A stretch of 64,000 nucleotides of DNA, from positions 1-64,000 of the IMG/VR virus record IMGVR_UViG_3300006224_000008. The stretch is one strand, 5' to 3'. A program made the translations under genes and the position numbers. Within the stretch, counting starts at the first letter, position 1, and each line of letters begins with the position of its first letter. The DNA comes from a virus. Positions 1 to 8,954 of this stretch are shown here, in pieces. The notes beneath the pieces are model-generated. The model was not told the DNA's origin, searched no databases, and saw nothing but the letters and a program-made list of their open reading frames with translations.

Positions 1-1
1 A

Positions 2-688
2 GCCGGGACCAGCGGCACTAGCGGAGAAGCTGGAACCAGCGGTACCAGTGGTGCAGCCGGTACTAGCGGCACTTCAGGCGAGTCCGGAACATCTGGTACC
101 TCTGGCACTACCGGTACGTCTGGGACCAGCGGAACGACAGGAACTTCAGGAACATCAGGAACGACGGGGACTTCAGGTACCTCCGGTGAAAGTGGCACAA
201 GTGGTACTTCGGGTACGACGGGCACTTCGGGTACGAGTGGGACAACCGGGACCTCCGGAACCAGCGGAACGAGTGGCACTGCTTCCATGGCACTCACTGA
301 GGCTCCAGCCGACGAGGCTTATACGGGTCTCACGGTTGACCTGACTTGCGGTGAGGCAATCACCGCTGGATACGCGGTCTACTTCAAGTCGGATGGCAAG
401 ATCTGGCATAGCAACGCCGGGGCAATCGCCACGATGCCAGTTATCGGCATTGCGATGTCGGCGGGAACATCGGCTGGCAAAACCACAGTGCTGCTTCACG
501 GCATCTATCGCCATGATGACCTCTTTGCTTGGACGGTCGGAGGTTACATCTACGCTGCCGGAACGGCGGGATTGCTGAGCCAGACACAACCAGCCACCGC
601 AGACGGCGTGGTTCAAGTGGTAGGGATTGCCACGCACGCGGATAGGATGTACGTGAACCCCACGCTTTTGTACTTTACTCATGTCTGA
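2..688 (+). CDS. Collagen-like (Gly-Thr-Ser)n fibre protein with C-terminal globular domain (5' truncated)
   Basis: The frame is open from nt 2 and reads 31 uninterrupted Gly-X-Y triplets ([18 protein letters not shown]...) in frame into the 287..688 ORF. The C-terminal domain ([11 protein letters not shown]...WTVGGYIY...G.LSQTQP...VQVVGIA) resembles phage decoration/fibre domains. Confidence 0.85.
   Translation, partial: AGTSGTSGEAGTSGTSGAAGTSGTSGESGTSGTSGTTGTSGTSGTTGTSGTSGTTGTSGTSGESGTSGTSGTTGTSGTSGTTGTSGTSGTSGTASMALTEAPADEAYTGLTVDLTCGEAITAGYAVYFKSDGKIWHSNAGAIATMPVIGIAMSAGTSAGKTTVLLHGIYRHDDLFAWTVGGYIYAAGTAGLLSQTQPATADGVVQVVGIATHADRMYVNPTLLYFTHV
5..283 (+). repeat. Coding Gly-X-Y repeat, 31 triplets with higher-order period GTS-GTS-GXX
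   Basis: Direct translation; synonymous codons vary between copies. Confidence 0.95.
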
Positions 689-722
689 CAAACACAGAAC
701 CAAAAACTGAAAGGACAGAATT

Positions 723-1136
723 ATGACCTACGAAGAATTCATGGCGACCTTCGCCCAACGCGTTCAGGCGGCTTTGAACAATCTGGCGACGCAACTGCGC
801 GGGGCCGGTGTGATCAACATCACAGTCGAAGAAGTCACCACGGAAGGCGTGAACGATCTACGCTATCGCATTGTGGCGACAAAAGGCAACCGAACGTTCA
901 CGGCGTATCTTGAAGTGACGGCGGCGGGTTTGGACGCGAACGGGCAGATGCTGATCCTCATCACGTTCTGGGTGGACGGGAACGGCAGCCAGATCGCGAC
1001 GAGCTTCACTCCGGGACAGGCGCAAGTCTACAACTCGATCGAAGGATTGGACGCCCTGCTCACGAAGTTGACGGAGTGCGAAGACATCACTCGCGGCGAG
1101 TTGCTCAGTGCGGCTCGCGCTTTTCTGAGAGTCTGA
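723..1136 (+). CDS. Hypothetical protein (137 aa)
   Basis: AAAGGA upstream of ATG; tightly packed with neighbours. Confidence 0.8.
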   Translation: MTYEEFMATFAQRVQAALNNLATQLRGAGVINITVEEVTTEGVNDLRYRIVATKGNRTFTAYLEVTAAGLDANGQMLILITFWVDGNGSQIATSFTPGQAQVYNSIEGLDALLTKLTECEDITRGELLSAARAFLRV

Positions 1137-1137
1137 G

Positions 1138-2349
1138 ATGACGCCGGTTTTCTGTTGCGGGTTCGAGTGTGGACAGATCGGCAGTGTTGGCCAACATTGG
1201 GCAACGTATGCTGGGACACCGACATTTTCCACAAGTACGGTGCGTTCCGGAGCACGGTCGTTGCAACTCGAAGGCGGGGATGGGGTGACTACGGAACTCG
1301 CGTCGGTCACCACACGCGTATCACGATTCTACATCTATTTCTCAACTCTGCCCACCGCTGATTGTATTCTGTTCTATTCTGGTACCGGAACTCAAGGTGT
1401 TTATTTCAAAGCGTCCGATTCCAGCATATATGCCGGAAACAGTTCTGCTGGTTTCCAGTTCGGCGCAACTGGGGTTGCAGTCACGACAGGGCAGTGGTAT
1501 TTGATTGACGTGATAACCAGAGGGTCATCACCAAGAGTTACCTCAGTGAGCGTGAACGGCACCGAGTGCGGAGACAGTACGCACGCTGGGGGAGCGTCAG
1601 CTACGACTACCCTAGTTTGTTATATGAGCGCGGATGGGGTCGCCTACTACGACGATCTTATAACTAGCCACAATGGAGCAGACTACCCCATCGGTCCCGG
1701 TTTCGTGAACCATTTCGTGCCAGTCTCCGACGGTACTCACAATGTCGCCGGGTCAAACGATTTTGAGCGCGGCACAACGGGCGTGGACATCGTAAACGCA
1801 ACGACGGACGCCTACACGCTGGTTGACGACGTGCCTTTACCAAGCGGCACACCGGATGATGATTCGATTGGGATTATCGCGCCACCAAACTCAACTGATT
1901 ACGTGGAATTGCTCTGTGGTCCAGCCCCAGGAATAGCAACGCCAACTACTGGCCCAAGGCTTACGGAGTGGATAACGACCCATCATGAGGGGGGAACGGG
2001 GACCCCTGATTGTTCAGTGGTCATTCGTAAGGCTGGCACTGCTTCCGTCATTGAGATATTCCGTATTTCCAGCGCCGGGGCTACGAGTTACCGATACGCA
2101 AGAACTCCCGCTTCGGCTGAGCCTGGGGGTGTTCCGTGGACTGCCGCCTCATTTTTGGCTGTTCTGGTACGCATTACTTACTGCTCGGATGCTAACCCTG
2201 ACGTTTTTATTGATGCGGTCATGATCGAAGCCGAATTCGCCCCAACGACGAACATCAAGACGTTGCAAGGCGTGACGTGGCCAACCAATGTGAAAACTCT
2301 TAACGGCCTCGTTGTGGCTTCAGTGAAGACGATCCAAGGGACTGCGTGA
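1138..2349 (+). CDS. Putative virion structural/carbohydrate-binding beta-sandwich protein
   Basis: G/S/T-rich beta-strand composition (FCCGFE, TGQWYLID, YYDDL); C-terminal IKTLQG/VKTLNG/VKTIQG repeats; stop overlaps the next start (GTGA). Confidence 0.65.
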   Translation: MTPVFCCGFECGQIGSVGQHWATYAGTPTFSTSTVRSGARSLQLEGGDGVTTELASVTTRVSRFYIYFSTLPTADCILFYSGTGTQGVYFKASDSSIYAGNSSAGFQFGATGVAVTTGQWYLIDVITRGSSPRVTSVSVNGTECGDSTHAGGASATTTLVCYMSADGVAYYDDLITSHNGADYPIGPGFVNHFVPVSDGTHNVAGSNDFERGTTGVDIVNATTDAYTLVDDVPLPSGTPDDDSIGIIAPPNSTDYVELLCGPAPGIATPTTGPRLTEWITTHHEGGTGTPDCSVVIRKAGTASVIEIFRISSAGATSYRYARTPASAEPGGVPWTAASFLAVLVRITYCSDANPDVFIDAVMIEAEFAPTTNIKTLQGVTWPTNVKTLNGLVVASVKTIQGTA

Positions 2350-5300
2350 GCAATTGCATTCAACTCAGTTTCGTAGACGGCCCGAAGGTCGAAGTAACCG
2401 GCGATGTGCCTTCGTCCTACCGGGTCCAGTTCATCGACGACGACACGGGCATCCAACATTACGAAGCCCGGATTGCGACCAACAACTGGTGCGCGGCCAA
2501 TCTCCGATATTTCGTCAACTGGCGGATCAAGGTCGAGGAAAATGGCGCGGAGGTCGTCGAACACGTCTTTCGCCCAAAGCGGACGCGAGTATTCATTCAA
2601 CTGGGCAGCAAATCACTGGGCGACACGGTAGCGTGGATGCCCTTCGTGGACGAATTCCGCAAGCTGCACGAGTGCGAGGTTCACGTGGCCACGCACTGGA
2701 ACAGCATCTTCAATTATCCAGACTTGAAGTTCATCGAGCCCGGCCAGGAACAGCTTGCCGATTACTACGCGGCATACCGCGTCAACGCCTATGACAACGA
2801 TCTCCGTCGCAATAAAAACAACTGGCGGCTGGTGCCTTTGCAGCAAGTCGCCGCCGACTATCTGGACATCGAATGCCTTCCACATCCGGCACGGCTAAAA
2901 TGTTCAACGGATGGTAGGCCCATGCACGAGCGTTACGCTGTGCTTTCCGAGTTCAGCACTTTCTACGGGAAACAGTGGAATCATCCCGGGGGATGGGACC
3001 GTGTCGTCGATTGGCTGCGCGGCATCGGTTACACCGTCTGTTCGGTGAGCAAGGAACCTACGGCGCTGAAGGATGTCGTCGCCTGGAACAACCGGCCTAT
3101 AATCGAGACTCTTCGCAACATCCAACACGCTGACCTTTGCGTTACGGTGAGCAACGGAATTGCGTGGCTGGCGTGGTCCCTGGGCGTGCCGACGGTCGTC
3201 ATCAGCGGCATGACAGATCCCTTTGTCGAAATGCCCGACTGCATTCGTGTCCACAACCCGGACATCTGCCATGGTTGCTACGGCGACGTGCGGTATCCCA
3301 TCGACCGCGGCAACTGGCTTTGGTGTCCGCGCTCGAAAAAATTCGAATGCTCACGCGGCATCACGCCGGAACAGGTCATTGCGGCCATCGATCCGCACAT
3401 TGATCGGAGCCTGGATGCCATTGCTCTACGCTGCGGAACAGACAAGGCGAGTACCCACCACAACTACTGCTTCCGATATGAGGGATTGTTCGCGGCATTC
3501 AAGGACCGACCCATTCGGCTCCTGGAGATTGGTGTAGACAAAGGCGCTTCGATTCGCACATGGCTGGAGTACCTGCCGCAAGCTGAGGTTTGGGGACTCG
3601 ACGTTGACGACTGCCAGTTCACTCATCCGCGCTTTCACTTCGTTAAAGGCGACCAGACAAACCCCGAACTGCTGGAGAGCCTTGGCGTGTTTGATGTCGT
3701 CATTGACGATGGGTCTCATCGCGCCGACGCGATCAAAGCGACCCTGGATATTCTGTTCCCGAAAACGCGGGAATTGTACGTCATCGAAGACGCGTTCGCC
3801 GTCTGGCATCCCGCCTTTGCTGGAGACAGCCCATTCCCTGACCTCGTGCGCAACTCCGCCACGGGCGCTATCGGCTCCGTCGCGTTCCAGCACGGTCTCT
3901 GCCTCATTCGGCCGCAGACAACAAATGCTTCGCCGAGATTTTCGCTTATCATGCCAACCAAGGATCGACCGGAGATGATCCAGCGCGCCGTGGCCAGCGT
4001 GATTGGGCAGGACTTCGCTGACTGGGAACTAATCATCAAAGATGGCGGCGAGAGTGTCCAAGACCTGCTGCCGGACGATCCCCGAATCCGCTATGAACAT
4101 TGCGATGGAGGTCCGTTCGAACGTTTCAATCGCGGCATGGCCGAGGCTCGCGGCGAAATCCTGAATTTCTGCGCCGATGACGACATTCTTTTCCCCGGTG
4201 CCTTGCGTCAGGTGCATGACCATATTGGCGCCGCCATGTGGTGCTACGGCGTGATCCGGCGCACCGACACAAAAGCAATTCAAGGTGAGGCGTGGGACCC
4301 CAAGAAACATGCGACACTGAACATTGTGCCGACCCCGGGGTTCTTCTGGCGCAAAGCGGCCTATGAACGCATCGGAGGATGGGATCCAAAACTCGTCTGC
4401 GCCGATTGGGACTACTCGCATCGGCTGGCGGCGCGCTGGGAGCCGGTGTTCATCCCGTACATCATGGCGACCTACACGGTTCACGACGGCCAGGATACAT
4501 GGCATCGCCAGGAGGCCATGCAGCGCGATGTGGTCAAAATCGTGCGGCGCGCCCAGGAAGGTCACTATCGGTCAAACCGGGTTCTCTTCATTGCGCCGCA
4601 TCTCTCAACTGGCGGCATGCCGCAGTACCTCCTCCGCAGAATCGAGGACATGGGCGGAAAAGCCAAAGTCAAAGTCATCGAGTGGAACAATATCAGCGAC
4701 GAATACACCGTACAGAAGAAGGCGATCCGGTCCCTTTGCGACATTACCACGCTGAACGGCGACAAAGCGGCGTCACTCAGGAAGGAAGTTGAAGACTGGG
4801 GTCCCTCGGTTGTGCATCTGCAAGAGTTCCCGGAGCTTTTCATGGGCTATTTGCCAGTCGAATGGCTTTATCGCAAGGATCGTCCTTACCGAATCATCGA
4901 GACCGGGCACAGCACGCGACTGCGCGTAGACCAGAAGAAAACGAGACCGGACGAGTTTGAGTTTGTCGGCGACTGGCACGCAAAGGAGTTCCAGAGCTAC
5001 GGCGTGCCGTTCCACATCGCTCGATACCCGGTGAGGCAGCGCAAGCGGCCAGAGAGATCGCAAGCACTTGGCAGGCTCGGTCTCAAACCAACTATGGGTC
5101 ATGTGCTCCAGGTTGGTCTCTTCGCGCCGTGGAAGAACCAAGCGTTCACAGTCAGGGTAGCCGCGTTGCTTCCAGAAGTGGCATTCCACTTCGTTGGGAA
5201 TATGGCTGAGAACTTTGCGGATTACTGGCGACCTCTGACCGATAGCCTGCCCGCCAATTGCTGGGTCTGGGGCGAGCGCGCCGATGTTGACGCCTTCTAC

Positions 5301-5522
5301 GCAGCGCTTGACGTGCTTCTTTTTCCAAGCACAGAAGAGTGCAGTCCACTCGTTCCAAAGGAGGCGATGGAGTGGGGAATGCCAGTCGTCATGCGTGACC
5401 TAGATACTTATTGCGGTGAATTCGACGGCAAAGTACACTACGCGACCAGCGTAGAAGAAGCAGCGACGCGTATCGTGGGGCTGATCGGCACTCCGCCTGT
5501 GAGCGCGCCAACAAAAGGCTAG
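2346..5522 (+). CDS. Multidomain TibC/Aah-like protein O-heptosyltransferase + SAM methyltransferase + GT2 + GT4 fusion
   Basis: SKSLGDTVAWMPFVDEFRK and the Cys motif CHGC..WLWCPR..FEC match the Aah/TibC family. LLEIGV..GAS and IDDGSH mark a methyltransferase; SLIMPTKDR..CADDD a GT2; APHLSTGG, VGLFAPWKNQ and ECSPLVPKEA a GT4. Confidence 0.88.
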   Translation: MSNCIQLSFVDGPKVEVTGDVPSSYRVQFIDDDTGIQHYEARIATNNWCAANLRYFVNWRIKVEENGAEVVEHVFRPKRTRVFIQLGSKSLGDTVAWMPFVDEFRKLHECEVHVATHWNSIFNYPDLKFIEPGQEQLADYYAAYRVNAYDNDLRRNKNNWRLVPLQQVAADYLDIECLPHPARLKCSTDGRPMHERYAVLSEFSTFYGKQWNHPGGWDRVVDWLRGIGYTVCSVSKEPTALKDVVAWNNRPIIETLRNIQHADLCVTVSNGIAWLAWSLGVPTVVISGMTDPFVEMPDCIRVHNPDICHGCYGDVRYPIDRGNWLWCPRSKKFECSRGITPEQVIAAIDPHIDRSLDAIALRCGTDKASTHHNYCFRYEGLFAAFKDRPIRLLEIGVDKGASIRTWLEYLPQAEVWGLDVDDCQFTHPRFHFVKGDQTNPELLESLGVFDVVIDDGSHRADAIKATLDILFPKTRELYVIEDAFAVWHPAFAGDSPFPDLVRNSATGAIGSVAFQHGLCLIRPQTTNASPRFSLIMPTKDRPEMIQRAVASVIGQDFADWELIIKDGGESVQDLLPDDPRIRYEHCDGGPFERFNRGMAEARGEILNFCADDDILFPGALRQVHDHIGAAMWCYGVIRRTDTKAIQGEAWDPKKHATLNIVPTPGFFWRKAAYERIGGWDPKLVCADWDYSHRLAARWEPVFIPYIMATYTVHDGQDTWHRQEAMQRDVVKIVRRAQEGHYRSNRVLFIAPHLSTGGMPQYLLRRIEDMGGKAKVKVIEWNNISDEYTVQKKAIRSLCDITTLNGDKAASLRKEVEDWGPSVVHLQEFPELFMGYLPVEWLYRKDRPYRIIETGHSTRLRVDQKKTRPDEFEFVGDWHAKEFQSYGVPFHIARYPVRQRKRPERSQALGRLGLKPTMGHVLQVGLFAPWKNQAFTVRVAALLPEVAFHFVGNMAENFADYWRPLTDSLPANCWVWGERADVDAFYAALDVLLFPSTEECSPLVPKEAMEWGMPVVMRDLDTYCGEFDGKVHYATSVEEAATRIVGLIGTPPVSAPTKG

Positions 5523-5525
5523 TCT

Positions 5526-6998
5526 ATGGCGATCAACTATCTGCCCTCACTCAATTACCCGGGATCATCTCGGTACGGCGTCACGCGGACATTTCCGCAA
5601 CGCCCGGAGCCCAACGTCCAGGACTACGGCGTCATCGACGCGGCCTCCGGCAAGGTGATCTCCCTGAAGACGGGACAGCCATGGACAGGTGTGGAACCGC
5701 GCACCGGCAAACAATACCTTGCGGGGTCCCCGGTACCTCAAACAGCCGTGCCAACCGTGGACCCGAACAATCCCAATGCCCGGTACAAGCCGGTGGACAT
5801 CGTCAAGTCGCCGACGATTGCCGCCGCCACAACCGATCTCCTTGACGCATTCAAGAAGTCGGCTGATGCCAGCCTCACAGATTTCAACGCGAACCTGAAA
5901 AACTTCACCGGCTCCTTGAACACGGCCATGGCCCGGGCCAATGCGGCAGCCGACATCGAGCCTTTCGCGGCGACTACGCGGGCAATGCAGAGTCGGTACG
6001 CTGGTGCCCTGGACACGAGCGCGGAAGAATACGCCCGGCTCAACGCCGAGAACGAAGCGCGGATGCGCGCCATCGAAGCGGAGGGGCGCGGTATCCTGCC
6101 CCAATATGACGCCGCCGCTGCCGCCATTGCCAACCGGCAGGAATCTGCACTGCGGAACCAGATCAACCGCTACAAAGCCGCGTCCGGCACGCCAACCAGC
6201 CTGGGAAGCGCTGAGGAGCGGATGCTGCTGCGTGGCGTGGCCGATATTCGGTTGCCGCTTGAGCAGGCCAAGATCGCCCGCCAGTATGACTTGCTCAGCA
6301 ACTTGTCGTTGCCGATCCAACGTGAATTGGCTGCACGCGAGACAGCGCGCATTTCGCAGTTCGAGCCATACGTGGCGGGCCAACAGTTCACAAGCGGCAC
6401 CGGGGTCGAGAACACGATCCAGAATCTCAAGATGCAGACGGCGAATATGAGCCTCATGCAGGCCGACGCGTACCTTCGGTCACTCGCGCTTCCGGAACAG
6501 ATTCGCCAGCAGATTCTCGGTGGACGCATCTCCGAACTTGGCGGCATCGCCGCGCTGGAGGAAGGGTCCAGGTATCGCGGCCTACAGGATGTCATCGGGG
6601 TAAACGTCTCGCAGCCGGAGTATTACTCTGTGGGAACTCCCGGGTATCCAACCACGCGCTATAACGTGCCAAACGTGATGGGCGGTGGTTTTCCAGTGAC
6701 CGCAAGCACGCCCTTGGCCAGCAATCCCGCCCGCGTTGTACGCCCAGCAACAGTCCCGGCGGGCGGGATCAACTACGACGCCAACGATTACGTTGAGAAC
6801 CCGGCTAACAACATAGCTGCGCCGACCGTGTACGCCGGGGGAGCGGACCAGGGATCGCGGTACGGCACGATGTCGTACGCCTATTACGACACTGTAACCG
6901 GCACGATACGCGACAACCGGACCGGCGAAGTGCTCCAGAACGTCGAAAACCCGGCACTCAACAATCCTGACTTCATCAATTCTCTGCGCTACACCTAA
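5526..6998 (+). CDS. Putative internal virion/ejection (pilot) protein
   Basis: Ala/Gln-rich helical 490-aa protein, first of a run ending in a giant gene; function inferred from position. Confidence 0.55.
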   Translation: MAINYLPSLNYPGSSRYGVTRTFPQRPEPNVQDYGVIDAASGKVISLKTGQPWTGVEPRTGKQYLAGSPVPQTAVPTVDPNNPNARYKPVDIVKSPTIAAATTDLLDAFKKSADASLTDFNANLKNFTGSLNTAMARANAAADIEPFAATTRAMQSRYAGALDTSAEEYARLNAENEARMRAIEAEGRGILPQYDAAAAAIANRQESALRNQINRYKAASGTPTSLGSAEERMLLRGVADIRLPLEQAKIARQYDLLSNLSLPIQRELAARETARISQFEPYVAGQQFTSGTGVENTIQNLKMQTANMSLMQADAYLRSLALPEQIRQQILGGRISELGGIAALEEGSRYRGLQDVIGVNVSQPEYYSVGTPGYPTTRYNVPNVMGGGFPVTASTPLASNPARVVRPATVPAGGINYDANDYVENPANNIAAPTVYAGGADQGSRYGTMSYAYYDTVTGTIRDNRTGEVLQNVENPALNNPDFINSLRYT

Positions 6999-7012
6999 TC
7001 CCGGAGGATACA

Positions 7013-8086
7013 ATGCCAAATCCAGCTTTCGAACCCATCATCGGCCGCGATTTTGGTGACATCGGCGCCCAACGGTTTGCCTGGGCGGGTTTCAACCGCG
7101 GCGTGGAAGCCGAAAACCTTGCCCGGCTGGCTGCGGCGGAGGCGGTGAGGAACAACTGGCTGCGCGAAATGAGCGATTTGCAGCGCAACGAAGCCTTGGG
7201 GCAAGCCACTCTCGAAGAGCGGGCACGCGATAGGGCGCTTCAGTTGGGTCTGTCCCGTGAAAGCACTGCGCTGGACCTCGGATTACGGAGAGAGGACGCA
7301 GCCAGACAGGAGAAACAGTTCGCACAAGACCTCGCTTTCAGGCGCGAAGCCCTCGCGGCACAGGGCGAACAGGCCGGTCAGAAGCTTGATTTGATGAAGG
7401 CGCAGCAAGAAGCTGCCATCGAGGAGGCTGGGAGGCATTTTGCGGAGAATTTCGGACTCGCAAAGAAGGCTGCTGATACGACAGAAGCCGCTTTGGAGGA
7501 TATTCAGCAGAGATTCGAAGAGCACAAGGCCGCAGTGGCGAAGATCACGGCCCAAAAGAAGCCTTCCCCAGAGGACACCGCGTTCCTGACAGATGCTCCA
7601 GCCGTTGAAACTGACCTCAAGAGACAACTGCGAGCTGCTCAGACAGCCGCAAATCGTGCCGGGGCGGCTTACGAGCGAATTCAGCAACAAATGGCAGCAT
7701 CGAATTTCAACCCGATTGAGGAACAGGGAATAATTCGCCATCGTTTGACGGGTAAAGAGTGGAATTTTAGCCAAGCCGTCAAAGAAGCTGTAGGAAATGC
7801 GCCCGGGGCACTCACACCAGCGCCTGTAGCGACCACGAGCGAGCCGGAAGTGCCGTTAGCGCCCACTACCAGCGCCCTTTTCGAGAAAAAACCGGGTTGG
7901 TCACCATTTTTTGGGCAACAACCGACCTATCCAACCAGTTTTGGGGGTCCCGAACCGATTTTCACGGGGACTGAGGTCAGTCCTAACCCAATTCCGGCGC
8001 CAGCACCTGCCCCAGAGCCCGTAAAGATACCAAATGCACGCTGGAAACGTGATGCCAGCGGAAAACTCGTCCTGGTGACGCAATAA
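7013..8086 (+). CDS. Putative internal virion/ejection protein, coiled-coil
   Basis: GGAGG RBS; long coiled coil, Pro-rich linker, short C-terminal RWKRDASGKLVLV motif. Confidence 0.6.
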   Translation: MPNPAFEPIIGRDFGDIGAQRFAWAGFNRGVEAENLARLAAAEAVRNNWLREMSDLQRNEALGQATLEERARDRALQLGLSRESTALDLGLRREDAARQEKQFAQDLAFRREALAAQGEQAGQKLDLMKAQQEAAIEEAGRHFAENFGLAKKAADTTEAALEDIQQRFEEHKAAVAKITAQKKPSPEDTAFLTDAPAVETDLKRQLRAAQTAANRAGAAYERIQQQMAASNFNPIEEQGIIRHRLTGKEWNFSQAVKEAVGNAPGALTPAPVATTSEPEVPLAPTTSALFEKKPGWSPFFGQQPTYPTSFGGPEPIFTGTEVSPNPIPAPAPAPEPVKIPNARWKRDASGKLVLVTQ

Positions 8087-8097
8087 TCGGAGGAAAT

Positions 8098-8946
8098 ATG
8101 GCGAAAATCGTCGATGCGGGAGCCCGGGGGGTCCACGAATTCCCCGATGACGCCACGCAAGAGGAAATTGATGCTGCAATCGCCTCTCTGAGTGCTCCGG
8201 CGAGCCCGGCAGCCCCTTTGCCGTCGCAAGTCGCGGAACCGAACCCGATTCGGCTCGATCCAAACGATGCCGCGAACTTTATACTGGCACCCGGACGTTA
8301 CGGAGCCCATTACGCGAGTGCGGTGGCTGGCAGCCCACTCGTTCGGGGTGCCGGTTACGTCGCTTCACTGCCTGCCAGGGCTGCATACGCCGCGGTAACA
8401 ACGCCGCCACGCCTCGCGATGCGGGCCGGGAACTATTTCGCGCAAAATCTCGTTGGCGCAACCCGTGCCGCTGCTCCTGTGGCCCGTGTGTTGGGCGAGT
8501 CCGGCAATTGGGTGACGCAAAACGCCCTTGCAGCCGCCCGCGACGTTGCCCCGGTGGCCCTTGAAGCCGCCCGGCATCTCCCCGGCACCAGCGATCTGAT
8601 GTCCGTGTACGACCGGCCAGAACCTTATCTCCGCGAAGCAAGGCGCGTGGCTGGCTGGGTTTCTGCGTTGCCTGCCAGGGTTCGCGAAAGCGCCCCAGTA
8701 CGTGCCTTGGTACGGGCCGGGAAAGCCACACGCGGCGCGATTGAAGACGCTATCACCCGGGAAGCCGATTACTGGCGTAACGTGCCCCCGGTTGAACCTC
8801 GCGGTGTCACGCCCCAAGTTGAACGCGCCCCGGCAGTAGAGACGGTGCCAGCGGACCGGCGGTTTTGGAAGACGAATCAAGTCTATCTGGTACCCGGCAA
8901 AGGACCAATGGTGTACATCGGGAATGACCAGTGGGTTGAACCATAG
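8098..8946 (+). CDS. Putative internal virion protein
   Basis: GGAGG RBS; the N-terminal HEFPDDATQEEIDAAI motif is of a type seen in phage DNA-transfer proteins. Confidence 0.6.
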   Translation: MAKIVDAGARGVHEFPDDATQEEIDAAIASLSAPASPAAPLPSQVAEPNPIRLDPNDAANFILAPGRYGAHYASAVAGSPLVRGAGYVASLPARAAYAAVTTPPRLAMRAGNYFAQNLVGATRAAAPVARVLGESGNWVTQNALAAARDVAPVALEAARHLPGTSDLMSVYDRPEPYLREARRVAGWVSALPARVRESAPVRALVRAGKATRGAIEDAITREADYWRNVPPVEPRGVTPQVERAPAVETVPADRRFWKTNQVYLVPGKGPMVYIGNDQWVEP

Positions 8947-8954
8947 GCACGCGT

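Noticed and set aside
5-283. Repeat array as CRISPR or DNA-level tandem repeat
   Set aside because: No constant repeat with unique spacers; the periodicity is at the amino-acid level with varied codons.
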